Source: an uncultured Spirochaetota bacterium
GTDB taxonomy: Bacteria; Spirochaetota; Spirochaetia; SZUA-6; Fen-1364
NCBI GenBank assembly: GCA_963781885.1
Contig: CAWAHW010000005.1
Span: 96,001-160,000 of the forward strand
Length of the DNA stretch: 64,000 bases
Direction: 5' to 3'
Shown here: positions 1 through 10,702 of the stretch, in pieces
How the letters are laid out: each line of letters opens with the position of its first letter
How positions within the stretch are numbered: position 1 is the first letter of the stretch
Made by a program: the position numbers and the translations under genes
The notes under the pieces: model-generated
Told to the model about the DNA's origin: nothing
Database searches by the model: none
Seen by the model: the letters and a program-made list of their open reading frames with translations, nothing else

Positions 1-2031
1 CCCCACCTTCTCCGCAAAATGGGAAAACTCCATGGTGAAAGTCGCGCGGCCCTGGGTGGCGCTGCGCAGCGCGGTGGAGTAGCCGAACATCGACACGAGC
101 GGGGCCTGCGCCTTCACGTGATCGGCGCCGGGCTTGCTCTCCACGTTGAGGATGAGGCCCTGGCGCGCGTTGAGATTGCCGATCACCTCGCCGAGGAACT
201 CCGAGGGGCTGAGGACGTCGACGGCCATGATGGGCTCCAGGAGTATGGGGCTCGCCTTGCGGCAGGCAGCGTCGAACGACATCGCGCCTGCAGCCTCGAA
301 CGCGATTGTCGTGGAAGTGGTCTGGTGGTACTCGGCATCCACCAGGCGCACATCGATGTCCAGGGCCGGATAGCCATACACGACGCCCGAGCCGAAGGCA
401 GCGGTCACGCCGCGCTCGACGGCGGTCACCAGCTCCTCCGGCAGGTCGGATTCGGGGATGGCCGACGAGAAGCGGTTGCCTTCTCCCCGCGCGCGCGGCT
501 TCACCTCGATCGTGATCGTGGCGGCGTGCTCCTTGCCGGCGATGGTGCGGTGGTACTTCTCGGTGTGCGTGACCTCGGCGCTGATTGTCTCCCGGTAGGA
601 GACCTGGGGTTTTCCCACGCGCGCCTCCACCTTGAACTCGCGGAATATGCGGGTCACCAGGACATCGAGGTGCAGCTCCCCCATGCCCGAGATGATGAGC
701 TCGCCCGTTTCCTCGTTCTCCTTCAGGGAGAATGTCGGGTCTTCCAGGGCAAGGATGCCCAGCACTTCCTGCAGCTTTTTGCGCTCCGACAGCGTGCGCG
801 GCTCGATGGCCACCGATATGACCGGCTCGGGGAAATGCATTTTTTCCAGCAATATCGGGAAAGCCTCCACGCCGAGGGTGTCGCCGGTCTGGGAGCCCTT
901 GAGCCCGATCATCACCGCGATGTCGCCTGCCTCGACCTGGTCGAGTTGCTGGGAATGGTTTGCGTGCATGCGCAAAAGCCGATTCACCCTTTCCCGCTTT
1001 TTCTTGGCGATGTTGTAAACGGTCTGGCCTTCCTTGATCCTGCCCGAGTACATGCGCACGTAGCAGAGATTGCCCGCCTCCCTGTTGGCCTGCAGCTTGA
1101 ACACCAGTCCGCAGGCGAACGCATTGGGGTCGCAGCGCACCTCGACGGCGCCGTCCTTCTTCACGTGATGGCCGCGCGCGGGGGGGACGTCGACCGGTGA
1201 AGGCAGAAAGTCCACCACCGCGTCCAGGAGCGGCTGCACACCGACATTGCGCAGCGAGGCGCCGCAGAGCACGGGTGTAAAGGACCGTGAGAGGGTGCCC
1301 TGCCGGATGATCTTCCGCAGAGCCGCGGCGGGAATATCCGCACCGGCAAGATAGCTGTCCGTGAGCTCATCGGAGAGATGGGTGAGATGGTCCATCAGGT
1401 TTTCCCGGCCGGCGCGCGCCTCCGCCATGCGGGAAGGGTCGATCGGCGCGTAGCCGATCGTGACGCCCTGGTCCTCCTGGAGGAAGCGCACCTCGCGCAT
1501 CTCAACGAGGTCGATCATGCCTTCGAAGTCTGCTTCAGCGCCCATGGGGAGCTGGAGCGGCAGGGGCACGGTCCCGAGCTTTTCACGCATCTCCTCCAGC
1601 ACGCCCTTGAAGTTCGCGCCGATCCTGTCCAGCTTGTTGATGAAGGCGATCCGGGGCACCGCGTAGCGATCCGCCTGGTGCCAGACGGTCTCGGATTGCG
1701 GCTCGACGCCGCCCACGGCGCAGAAAATCGCCACCGCCCCGTCCAGCACGCGCAGCGAGCGCTCCACCTCGGCCGTGAAATCCACGTGCCCCGGCGTGTC
1801 GATGATGTTGACCTGGTGATCGCGCCAATAGCATGTCGTGGCCGCGGCGGTGATTGTGATGCCGCGCTCCTGCTCCTGGTCCATCCAGTCCATGGTGGCT
1901 TCCCCGTCGTCCACCTCGCCCATGCGATGGGTTTTGCCTGTGTAAAAAAGGATACGCTCCGTGGTCGTGGTTTTGCCCGCGTCGATATGCGCGATGATGC
2001 CGATATTTCGTATCAAACCGAGGTCTGCCAT
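1..2031 (-). CDS. fusA: Elongation factor G (spirochaete EF-G2-like paralogue), 3' end just outside window
   Basis: Minus-strand translation from ATG at 2031: [32 protein letters not shown]...[11 protein letters not shown]...DTPGHVDF...NKLD; in frame to base 1 ending [25 protein letters not shown]. Missing from ORF track because no stop is in the window. Confidence 0.95.
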   Translation of the reverse strand, partial: MADLGLIRNIGIIAHIDAGKTTTTERILFYTGKTHRMGEVDDGEATMDWMDQEQERGITITAAATTCYWRDHQVNIIDTPGHVDFTAEVERSLRVLDGAVAIFCAVGGVEPQSETVWHQADRYAVPRIAFINKLDRIGANFKGVLEEMREKLGTVPLPLQLPMGAEADFEGMIDLVEMREVRFLQEDQGVTIGYAPIDPSRMAEARAGRENLMDHLTHLSDELTDSYLAGADIPAAALRKIIRQGTLSRSFTPVLCGASLRNVGVQPLLDAVVDFLPSPVDVPPARGHHVKKDGAVEVRCDPNAFACGLVFKLQANREAGNLCYVRMYSGRIKEGQTVYNIAKKKRERVNRLLRMHANHSQQLDQVEAGDIAVMIGLKGSQTGDTLGVEAFPILLEKMHFPEPVISVAIEPRTLSERKKLQEVLGILALEDPTFSLKENEETGELIISGMGELHLDVLVTRIFREFKVEARVGKPQVSYRETISAEVTHTEKYHRTIAGKEHAATITIEVKPRARGEGNRFSSAIPESDLPEELVTAVERGVTAAFGSGVVYGYPALDIDVRLVDAEYHQTTSTTIAFEAAGAMSFDAACRKASPILLEPIMAVDVLSPSEFLGEVIGNLNARQGLILNVESKPGADHVKAQAPLVSMFGYSTALRSATQGRATFTMEFSHFAEKVG

Positions 2032-2094
2032 TAGTTTCTCCGGGGAAAGAATGCTTGAAACGGCCCGATTCAACTATATAGAATCCATACAGCC

Positions 2095-2847
2095 GTGAAA
2101 AGAGCGCCCCTCCCGCTTCCCTGCATGGTGCTTGCCGCCTTCCTGCTTGTCGCCATTCCGGGCCCCTGCGCGGCCCAGGATTCCCCGCTTTCCTGGCTCA
2201 ATGGCGCGCGATCGGCCGTTGGCGCGCACGCCCTGACTCAGGATGCCCTCCTTTCCGCCACGGCGGCGCTCTGGGCTTCCACGCTGGCGGGCGCGGGCGT
2301 CCTCAGCCACCGAGGATCCGATGGCACGACGGTGCTGGACCGCTACAGGGCGCTGGGAGGCACCGAGGCGCACGTGGGGGAGATTATCGGTGCCGGGCCG
2401 AGCCTTGTTGCGGTGGAAAAGGGCTGGATGCGGAGCGCCGATCACCGCCGCCTGGCACTCGCCCCGGAGTGGACGCACGCGGGGTGGGGCAGCGCCGTGC
2501 ACGGCAGCGCGCAGGTGTGGGTGATTGTTTTTATCGAAAGGCTGATTACCGACCTTTCGATCGATGACCGGCAAGGGGCTCTTTCCGTCAGCGGCGTTGT
2601 TGTTGCACCCGGGGCCACCGGAGCACTGCTCATTTCAGGCCTGAACCCTGTCGCTCCTGCCTCATGGGACGGGCCGACGGGTCGTTTCGCCTTCGAGATT
2701 CCCTCCGGCCTGCGGGAGGGCTATGTCCGCCTGGGCTACATCGAGGGTGCCGGGCGATTCGTGCTCACCAATGCCTTCACATTGCCTCGAGGTACGGGAT
2801 CCCCAGGAGCGCCAGTCCGTTTCTCACCACCTGCGCCATCCCCCTGA
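2095..2847 (+). CDS. Secreted CAP/SCP domain protein
   Basis: Signal peptide; LSHRGSDG..DR..GEIIG..WMRS.DHR..L...W...GWG CAP-like motifs. Confidence 0.7.
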   Translation: MKRAPLPLPCMVLAAFLLVAIPGPCAAQDSPLSWLNGARSAVGAHALTQDALLSATAALWASTLAGAGVLSHRGSDGTTVLDRYRALGGTEAHVGEIIGAGPSLVAVEKGWMRSADHRRLALAPEWTHAGWGSAVHGSAQVWVIVFIERLITDLSIDDRQGALSVSGVVVAPGATGALLISGLNPVAPASWDGPTGRFAFEIPSGLREGYVRLGYIEGAGRFVLTNAFTLPRGTGSPGAPVRFSPPAPSP

Positions 2848-4541
2848 CCAGGGCGATGCGCGACTGCACGAGCCCCGGGTCCTCGTTGCGCAGCACGGGA
2901 TGATCCTGGTAGTAGCGACTGAAGCTCTTGCAGAGCTCGAAGAGATACGTCGTGAGCACAGACGGGTTGAGCTCGCGGGCCGCTGCCGCTACCGTCTCGG
3001 GGAAAAGAGCCAGGGCCTTGGCGATCTCCCACTCCTCGGGCAGGGAAAGCGCCGCGGATGAATAGGCACCCGCGCTGTACTGGCTTTTCCGCTCCTCGAA
3101 CTTCCGCAGCATGCTGGAGATGCGCGCGCCGGTGTATTGGAGGTAGGGCCCCGTGTTGCCATTGAACGATATGGATTCCTTCGGATCGAAGGTCATGTCC
3201 TTGACCGCCGTGACTTGAAGGAGCCAGTAGTTCAAGGCGCCCAGCGCGATCTCCCGCGCCGTGCGGGAAAGGTCCCCCACGTCGTCCTCCCTCTCCTTGG
3301 CCTTGATCTCGTCCAGGGCGAGCTTTTCCAGCTCATCCAGCAGGTCGTCGGCGTCCACAACGGTTCCCTCGCGGGACTTCATCTTTCCTTCGGGGAGATT
3401 CACCATGCCGTAGGCAAGGTGGTGGAGATTCGCCGCCCAGGTGAAGCCGAGCTTCTCCAGCACGGCGAAAAGCACGTGGAAGTGGTGCCGTTGCTCCGAT
3501 GCGACGACATAGATCAGCCTGTCGAAACGCCAGTCCTTCGAGCGCTGGATCGCCACACCAATGTCCTGGGTAAGATAGAGCGACGTGCCGTCCGAGCGCA
3601 GGAGCACCTCGCGCTCCATGCCCTTGTCGGTGAGGTCCACCCACACGGAGCCGTCGGGGTCCTTCTGAAAGAGACCCTTCTGGATGCCGGCAAGTATCTC
3701 GCTCCTTCCCAGCTTGTAGATGTCGCTTTCATAGTAGACCTGGTCGAAGGAGATGCCCGGTCCTCTTGTAGCTCTGGGAGATGCCCTCCATCACCCACGC
3801 GTTCATGGTCTTCCAGAGGGCCACGACCTCGGGGTCGCCTTCCTCCCACTTGCGGAGCATCTGCCGGACCTCTTCCTCCGCCTCCGGATGGTCTTTCGCG
3901 TGCTGGGCGTACTTCACATAGTACGATCCGACGAAATGGTCACCCTTGACCCCCTCGCTCGCGGGGGTGGCGCCGGCGCCGAACAACCTGTAGGCGAGCA
4001 TCGACTTGCAGATATGCACGCCGCGATCGTTGATCAGGTTCACCTTGCGGAGCGTCGCGCCCGCGGCGGCAAGCATGCGCGACAGGCTCTCTCCCAGGGC
4101 GTCGTTGCGCAGGTGCCCCAGGTGCAGCGGCTTGTTCGTGTTCGGGCAGGAGAACTCGAGCATGACCCGCTGGCCTGAAAGCGCGGCGCTCCGCCCGTAG
4201 GCCGGCCCCTGCGCCGCGATCGCCGCGAGCACGTCGTCGATCACGGGCGCCGGCGTGAGCTTCACGTTCACGTACGGCCCGGCCGCCGCGACGGTGCCTA
4301 TGCCGCGGGAGCCCGGCATCGCGGAGAGGCGCGCGGCGACCTCCGCGGCAATCGCGGGAGGGGCCTTCCTGAATACGCGGGCAAAGGGGAACAGGGGGAA
4401 CGCGAAGTCGCCCAGCTCGGGCTTCGGCGGCGTCTCCACCACGAGCGGCGTCGTATCCAGGCCGCTCACGTTCGTTTCTGCGGCCAGCTCCTGCAGCGCG
4501 GTCGCGATCATGTCGTGCCATTGATCACGGTATTTCTTCAT
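2777..4541 (-). CDS. argS: Arginyl-tRNA synthetase, split by a 1-nt frameshift near 3757 (probable assembly error)
   Basis: PNTNKPLHLGHLRN HIGH motif in 3729..4541; KMKSREG and GNTGPYLQY in 2777..3646; removing one G restores KRTGISFDQVYYES. Confidence 0.93.
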
Positions 4542-4669
4542 GTATGCCGGGTATTTAAGCAGACATGCGGGGGCGCTGCAAGCCGCGCGGGCGGGCCTCG
4601 CCGCGGATCACGGCAGGCCGCCTTGACTCCGCGTCGGTTTTTTCCATATATAGTCGCAAGGAGCTCAAT

Positions 4670-7600
4670 TTGTACAGGCCCGTGGATCCGAAGGTGAGCT
4701 TTCCCTCGATAGAGGAGAAGGTGCTCGCCTTCTGGCAGGAAAACAAGATATTCGAAAAATCCATTTTCCAGCGCGAGGGCGCGGAGGAGTTCGTCTTCTA
4801 CGACGGGCCTCCATTCGCCACCGGCTTGCCGCACTACGGCCATTTCATCCCGAGCACGGTGAAGGATGCCATTCCCCGCTACCAGACAATGAAGGGACGC
4901 AAGGTCGAGCGCAGGTTCGGCTGGGACTGCCACGGCCTCCCCGTCGAGTACGAGATGGAGAAGGAGCTGGGGATCTCGGGGAAAAAGCAGATCGAGGAAT
5001 ACGGCGTGGCGAAATTCAACGAGGCCTGCCGCTCCATCGTCCTGCGCTATACAAAGGAATGGCGCAAGGTCATCACCCGCCTCGGCCGCTGGGTGGATTT
5101 CGATCACGACTACAAGACCATGGATCCCGATTACATGGAGTCCATCTGGTGGGTCTTGAGCGAGCTGTGGAAGAAAGACCTCATGTACGAGGGATTCTAC
5201 ATCCTCCCGTACTGCCCTCGGTGCTCCACCGTGCTTTCCAACCACGAGCTGAGTCTCGGGGGGTACATCGACGTGGCGGACCCTGCCGTCACGGTCAAGT
5301 TCGCCGTTGCGGACGAACCGGACACGTCTTTCCTCGCGTGGACGACCACCCCGTGGACCCTTCCGTCCAATCTCGGTCTCGCTCTTGGCGCTGACATCGA
5401 CTACGTGAAGGTGAAGGACGGCGCGGAGTTCTACATCCTCGCGGCCGAACGGCTGGCGTCGTACTACAAGGAGCCCGGCGCGTACGAAATCGTTGCCCGT
5501 TACAAGGGAAAGGACCTTGTTGGCAGGCGCTACAAGCCGCTCTTCCCCTTCTTTGCGTCGCTTGCGGAGAAGGGCGCTTTCCGGACCTGGAACGGCACGT
5601 TCGTCACGACGGATGAGGGCACGGGCATCGTCCATATCGCGCCCGGTTTCGGCGAGGACGACTACAACCTCATGAAGGGCTCGGGCATTCCCGTCGTCTG
5701 CCCGGTGGACGCGGAGGCGCGTTTCACCTCTGACGTTCCCGACTGGGCAGGGCAGTTCGTGAAGGACGCGGACAAGTCCATCATCCGCACGCTGAAGGAC
5801 CGGCACGCGCTCGTGCGCCACGACTCCTACCACCACAGCTACCCCCACTGCTGGCGCTGCCAGAGTCCCCTCATCTACCGCGCCATCGCGGAATGGTTCG
5901 TGAGCGTGGAAAAGATCAAGGCACGCATGCTCGCCGCAAACGACACCATCAACTGGATGCCCGCGCACCTGAAAACGGGCAGGTTTGGCAAGTGGCTGGA
6001 GAACGCCCGCGACTGGGCCATATCCCGCAGCCGCTACTGGGGAAACCCCATCCCGGTCTGGCGATGCGATGCCTGCAAGAAAGAGGAGTGCATCGGCTCG
6101 CGCGCGGAGCTGGAGAAAAAAGGCGGCCGCAAGGTCGTGGATCTGCACAAGCATTTCATCGACGACATCACGTGGGCCTGCACGTGCGGGGGAACCATGC
6201 ACCGCATCCCCGACGTGCTGGACTGCTGGTTCGAGTCCGGCGCCATGCCGTACGGCCAGAACCACTATCCTTTCGAGAACCGTGCGCGCTTTGACGCGCA
6301 TTTCCCGGCCGATTTCATCTCTGAATCCATCGACCAGACCCGGGGATGGTTCTACACCCTCGTGGTGCTGGGAGCGGCGCTTTTTGACAAGCCGGCGTTT
6401 CGCAATGTGATCGTGAGCGGGCTCATCCTGGACACGGAGGGGAAGAAGATGTCCAAGTCGGCGCGCAACTACGCCGACCCCATGGAGGTCATCGGGACGT
6501 TCGGCGCGGATGCGATGCGCCTGTTCCTCCTGGATTCCGCCGTTCTGAAGGCGGAGGATCTGCATTTCTCAGAATCCGGGGTGAAGGAGATCGTGAAGAC
6601 GGTGCTCATCCCGCTGTGGAACGCGTACAGCTTCTTTGTCACGTACGCCAATATCGACGGCGTCACGGTGAGCGGAGAGGCGCCGACCACGACCAACCCG
6701 CTGGATCGCTGGATACTCTCCGAGGCGGAACGGATGGTGCGGGAGATCACGGAGCAGCTGGAGCTCTACGACCTGCAGCGCGCGGTGGACGTCTTCATCG
6801 ACTTCATCGACCTGCTCAATAACTGGTACATCCGCCGTTCACGCCGGCGCTTCTGGAGGTCAGGCACGGACGCCGACAAGCAGGAAGCCTACCATGCCCT
6901 CCACCAGGCGCTCATGAAGCTCGTGCTGTGCGCGGCGCCGTTCATTCCCTTCATCACGGAGGAGGTCTATTCCAATCTCCGTGATGCGTCGATGCCGGAG
7001 TCCATCCATCTCTCTGACTTCCCGGTCTACAACGCGGTGCGTCGCGACCCGGACCTCGAGCGGCGCATGAAGGTGGCGATGAAGACCGTGAGCATGGGAC
7101 GCAGCCTCCGCACCGACTACGCACTGAAGATCCGCCAGCCCCTCGCGGCGCTGCACCTCGTCACGCGCGACCCCGATGAGAGAAGGATCCTCCAGGAGAT
7201 GGAGGAGCTCATCAAGGACGAGCTCAATGTGAAGGCGGTGGTGTTCCGCGAGAACGAGGATGAGCTGGTGGAGTACCGGGCAAAGGCCAATTTCCGCACC
7301 CTGGGCAAGCAGCTGGGCAAGGACATGAAGGCCGCCGCTGCCGGCATCGGGCTCCTGACGCTCGCCGACATTCACGCGCTCCTGGCGGGGCAGGGCGTGG
7401 AGCTTTCCGTCGCGGATCGTCGCTTCACCCTCACCCCGGACGGCGTGGAGATACAGCGGATCGAAAAGGAAAACCTGAAGGTCATCAACGACGGCTCCCT
7501 CACGGTTGCCCTCGACCCGGTGCTCACGCCGGCCCTCGTGGAGGAGGGGCTCGTGCGCGACCTCGTGCGGGGAATCCAGAACCTGCGCAAGGAATCCGGC

Positions 7601-7795
7601 CTGGAGGTGACGGACCGCATCGAGCTTTCCCTTGACGGGCCGGAGGCGGTGCGCTCTGCGGCGGATCATTTCCGCGAGCATCTGCTTTCCGAAACCCTGG
7701 GCGTATCCCTCACGTGGCAGAAGACCGCGGATGCGCAGGAGATCGACTGCGGAGAAGAAAAGTGCGCGGTGTCGCTGAAGAAGGCCCGCTCATGA
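4670..7795 (+). CDS. ileS: Isoleucyl-tRNA synthetase, type 2
   Basis: DGPPFATGLPHYGH, GWDCHGLP, WTTTPWTLPSN, KMSKS; TTG start at 4670 after AAGGAG. Confidence 0.96.
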   Translation: MYRPVDPKVSFPSIEEKVLAFWQENKIFEKSIFQREGAEEFVFYDGPPFATGLPHYGHFIPSTVKDAIPRYQTMKGRKVERRFGWDCHGLPVEYEMEKELGISGKKQIEEYGVAKFNEACRSIVLRYTKEWRKVITRLGRWVDFDHDYKTMDPDYMESIWWVLSELWKKDLMYEGFYILPYCPRCSTVLSNHELSLGGYIDVADPAVTVKFAVADEPDTSFLAWTTTPWTLPSNLGLALGADIDYVKVKDGAEFYILAAERLASYYKEPGAYEIVARYKGKDLVGRRYKPLFPFFASLAEKGAFRTWNGTFVTTDEGTGIVHIAPGFGEDDYNLMKGSGIPVVCPVDAEARFTSDVPDWAGQFVKDADKSIIRTLKDRHALVRHDSYHHSYPHCWRCQSPLIYRAIAEWFVSVEKIKARMLAANDTINWMPAHLKTGRFGKWLENARDWAISRSRYWGNPIPVWRCDACKKEECIGSRAELEKKGGRKVVDLHKHFIDDITWACTCGGTMHRIPDVLDCWFESGAMPYGQNHYPFENRARFDAHFPADFISESIDQTRGWFYTLVVLGAALFDKPAFRNVIVSGLILDTEGKKMSKSARNYADPMEVIGTFGADAMRLFLLDSAVLKAEDLHFSESGVKEIVKTVLIPLWNAYSFFVTYANIDGVTVSGEAPTTTNPLDRWILSEAERMVREITEQLELYDLQRAVDVFIDFIDLLNNWYIRRSRRRFWRSGTDADKQEAYHALHQALMKLVLCAAPFIPFITEEVYSNLRDASMPESIHLSDFPVYNAVRRDPDLERRMKVAMKTVSMGRSLRTDYALKIRQPLAALHLVTRDPDERRILQEMEELIKDELNVKAVVFRENEDELVEYRAKANFRTLGKQLGKDMKAAAAGIGLLTLADIHALLAGQGVELSVADRRFTLTPDGVEIQRIEKENLKVINDGSLTVALDPVLTPALVEEGLVRDLVRGIQNLRKESGLEVTDRIELSLDGPEAVRSAADHFREHLLSETLGVSLTWQKTADAQEIDCGEEKCAVSLKKARS

Positions 7796-8775
7796 GTGTC
7801 GCGCGCCGTCTGGCCCTTGCCGCGGCAGCGGCGGGGCTCCTGCTGCTTGCCCTCGCCTCCTGTGCCACGGTGCCCCAGCGTTCCCCCTCGGAATGGCTGG
7901 GTGCGCTGCCGGAAGATGCCACTCTCTACGCATCGTTCGCCGTGGCAGGCTCGACAGACCTTGTGAAGAAGGCGCTCAAAGAGGCAGGCCCTGGCTCCCA
8001 GGACATCGCAACGCTCGTGGACATGACCAAGCGCCTGGTCTGTTCGGTGACGATCGAAAAGGGGAAGCCCGCGCAATTCTCCGTGCTCGCGCAAGGCGGA
8101 TATCCGTCGGGAATCATCAGCGGGCGCCTGGCCGGAAACAAGGATTGGAGGCAGGCGTCCGGACCGTCAGGCACGTACTTCGAATGGCAAAAGGTCGGGA
8201 TACAGGTGAGCATCCCGAATGGCTCGCTCCTCCTGGCCTCCAACGGCGCCATCGATTCGCTGCTCGGCCGCTGGGGGGCGCCCATACCCCTCACCATTCC
8301 GCCGGATGTCGCTCGCGACATGCAGGCCGCGGACCTCGTGCTCTATATGCCCGAGCTGCCCGGCAGCCTTGCCGAGCGCGCGGCCCAGAAGGGCATGAGG
8401 ATACCAATCCAGGAAGTCTGGATGAACGCGGTAAAAGGGAAGGGCGGCTACGACGTCTCCGGCACCGCAAATACGGGCTCCGAGCAAGAGGCAAAGCTTC
8501 TGACGCTCGTCCTCCGTCTGGGCATCGTGGCATGGATGAAGTCGGAGAATGTCCAGAACACGGCGGAGATACTCAAATCCATTGTGCTTGCACCAAGCGG
8601 CGTCCAGGTAAAGCTCACGGGGCTGCATTTCACCGACGACCAGATCATTCCGATGTTCCTCTCGCTTGTGAAAACCCTTTCCCCGCCCGCGGAGCCTGCC
8701 GCGGCCGCGGATTCCATCACGCAGGACGCGCCGGCCCCGGCCGACGCCACGTCGACGGGATCGGACGGGCAGTAG
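7792..8775 (+). CDS. Hypothetical lipoprotein
   Basis: ATG overlaps ileS stop; hydrophobic leader ending in lipobox LASC. Confidence 0.7.
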   Translation: MSVARRLALAAAAAGLLLLALASCATVPQRSPSEWLGALPEDATLYASFAVAGSTDLVKKALKEAGPGSQDIATLVDMTKRLVCSVTIEKGKPAQFSVLAQGGYPSGIISGRLAGNKDWRQASGPSGTYFEWQKVGIQVSIPNGSLLLASNGAIDSLLGRWGAPIPLTIPPDVARDMQAADLVLYMPELPGSLAERAAQKGMRIPIQEVWMNAVKGKGGYDVSGTANTGSEQEAKLLTLVLRLGIVAWMKSENVQNTAEILKSIVLAPSGVQVKLTGLHFTDDQIIPMFLSLVKTLSPPAEPAAAADSITQDAPAPADATSTGSDGQ

Positions 8776-8777
8776 TG

Positions 8778-9452
8778 GTGTCAGGCCGGACGATCGTCAT
8801 CGACTATGGGGCGGGGAATCTGAAGAGCGTGGAGAATGCGCTGCGCCACCTTGGCGCGCCCTTTCTCACCACGCGCGTCCCGAAGGACCTCGAAGATGCC
8901 GAACGGATCATCTTCCCCGGTGTCGGTGAGGCGGCGGCGTCGATGGCGGAGCTGCGCAGGACGGGCTTGGACCGCGCCCTGAAGGAATATGTCGCCGCGG
9001 GAGGCAAAACACTCGGCATCTGCATCGGCTGCCAGGTGATATTCGACAAGTCGGAGGAGAGGGACACCACGTGCCTCGGCATTTTTCCCGGCACGGTGCG
9101 CCGATTCGCCATCTCCCACGGTCTGAAGGTGCCGCACATGGGATGGAATGCCGTGCACTTCACACGACCCCATCCAGTCTTTGCCGGGCATTCCCCAGGA
9201 TTCCTCCTTCTATTTCGTGCATTCCTATTATCCCGAGCCTGCCGACGCTGGAATGGTCGCGGCCGTGACCGACTATGGACTTTCATTCCCCTCCGGCGTC
9301 GCGAAAGGCAGCTTGATCGCTTTCCAGTTCCACCTGGAGAAATCCGGCCCCTCGGTCTGAAGCTTCTTTCGAACTTCCTTTCCTGGAACGGCAGTCCGGA
9401 GGCCACGAGCCCCGCGGCGCATGGCGGCGGCGCGGAGGCAGCCCGTGCTTGA
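8778..9452 (+). CDS. hisH: Imidazole glycerol phosphate synthase glutaminase subunit, with two compensating indels (~9188, ~9350)
   Basis: [30 protein letters not shown]; FYFVHSYY and QFHLEKSG lie in an alternate frame (9148..9360). Confidence 0.88.
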   Translation: MSGRTIVIDYGAGNLKSVENALRHLGAPFLTTRVPKDLEDAERIIFPGVGEAAASMAELRRTGLDRALKEYVAAGGKTLGICIGCQVIFDKSEERDTTCLGIFPGTVRRFAISHGLKVPHMGWNAVHFTRPHPVFAGHSPGFLLLFRAFLLSRACRRWNGRGRDRLWTFIPLRRRERQLDRFPVPPGEIRPLGLKLLSNFLSWNGSPEATSPAAHGGGAEAARA

Positions 9453-10212
9453 AAAGCGCGTCATCGTCTGCCTCGACGTCAAAGACGGCAGGACCACGAA
9501 GGGAATCAAGTTCAGGGACAACGTGGACGTCGGCGACCCCGTGGAGATGGCGCGGCTGTACTACGAGCAGGGCGTCGACGAGCTCGTCTTCTACGACATC
9601 ACCGCCTCCGCGGAACGGCGCGCCATTCGCATCGAAACGGTGCGCCGGGTGGCCGAGCAGGTATTCATCCCATTCTCCGTGGGCGGCGGCATCTCCACCG
9701 CCGAAGAGATGCGGGAGGTCCTGCTGGCAGGAGCGGAAAAGGTGAGCCTCAATTCCGCTGCCGTGCGCAATCCCGCGATCATCACGGCCGGAGCCCAGCT
9801 CTACGGCAGCCAGTGCATCGTCCTGGGCATGGATGTTGCCCGCGACGCAGCGATGCCTTCGGGCTACGGGGTGGTCATCGACGGCGGGAGGACACGCGTC
9901 GGCTTTGACGCGCTGGAGTGGGCGCTTCGCGCCGAGGAGCTGGGCGCGGGAGAGATCGTGCTCAACTCCATCGATGCCGACGGTACACGGGAGGGCTATG
10001 AGCTCACCGTGACGGGCATGATCAGCCAGTCGGTGGGCATTCCCGTGGTGGCCTCGGGAGGCGCGGGCAAGCCCGAGCACCTTCTGTCAGTGTTCCGCGA
10101 TGCCCGCGCCGACGCGGCGTTGATCGCTTCGATGGTGCACTACGGGGAATGGACCGTCCGGGGGATCAAGCAGTACCTCACGGAGCACAGGATACTCGTC
10201 CGGCAGGCGTGA
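9445..10212 (+). CDS. hisF: Imidazole glycerol phosphate synthase cyclase subunit
   Basis: [54 protein letters not shown]. Confidence 0.95.
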   Translation: MLEKRVIVCLDVKDGRTTKGIKFRDNVDVGDPVEMARLYYEQGVDELVFYDITASAERRAIRIETVRRVAEQVFIPFSVGGGISTAEEMREVLLAGAEKVSLNSAAVRNPAIITAGAQLYGSQCIVLGMDVARDAAMPSGYGVVIDGGRTRVGFDALEWALRAEELGAGEIVLNSIDADGTREGYELTVTGMISQSVGIPVVASGGAGKPEHLLSVFRDARADAALIASMVHYGEWTVRGIKQYLTEHRILVRQA

Positions 10213-10369
10213 ACGACCGCCGGAAGGCGTTCGGCGCGCGGTGCCGGGATCTCCGGTCTGTTGCCACGCCTGCCGATTGGCGCTATATTTGAGAAAACTA
10301 TAGTTTCCGAACCGGGCGTTGGTCCGGTTGTCGCTGGAGCGCGTTGAACGGGAGTCAGGAGTTCAGGGT

Positions 10370-10690
10370 ATGCCCACATACGAATATGCATGCACGAAGT
10401 GCGGACATACATTCGAAGCAATTCAGAGCATGAATGACAAGCCGCTGTCCCGGTGCCCTGTCTGCAAGTCCGCCGTGCGCCGTGTCATCAATGGCGGGAT
10501 CGGGATCATTTTCAAGGGCAGCGGTTTCTACTCGACGGACAACAAGAAAGGTTCCATCCTCACGAGCGGCAATGGCGGCTCGAAGGACAACGGAAACGGT
10601 AACGGCAAGGAAAAAGAGAAAGCCGCCGAGAAGCCGAAGGAAACGACACCCACCGATTCGAGCTCCAAGGAAAAAGCGGCCGCTTCCTGA
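10370..10690 (+). CDS. FmdB-family zinc-ribbon regulatory protein
   Basis: MPTYEYACTKCGHTFE...CPVCK...IIFKGSGFYSTD. Confidence 0.9.
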   Translation: MPTYEYACTKCGHTFEAIQSMNDKPLSRCPVCKSAVRRVINGGIGIIFKGSGFYSTDNKKGSILTSGNGGSKDNGNGNGKEKEKAAEKPKETTPTDSSSKEKAAAS

Positions 10691-10702
10691 AGCCTTCGTT
10701 GC

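Noticed and set aside
19-2034. Long + strand ORFs 19..1200 and 1378..2034, and similar antisense ORFs (4538..6565, 59299..60900 etc.)
   Set aside because: Shadow frames of real genes (fusA, ileS, PPIase) caused by high-GC codon bias; no protein motifs
8778-10212. Isolated hisH-hisF pair as an LPS/flagellin sugar-amidation module
   Set aside because: No N-acetyl-sugar amidotransferase or glycosylation genes adjacent, and HisF motifs look canonical
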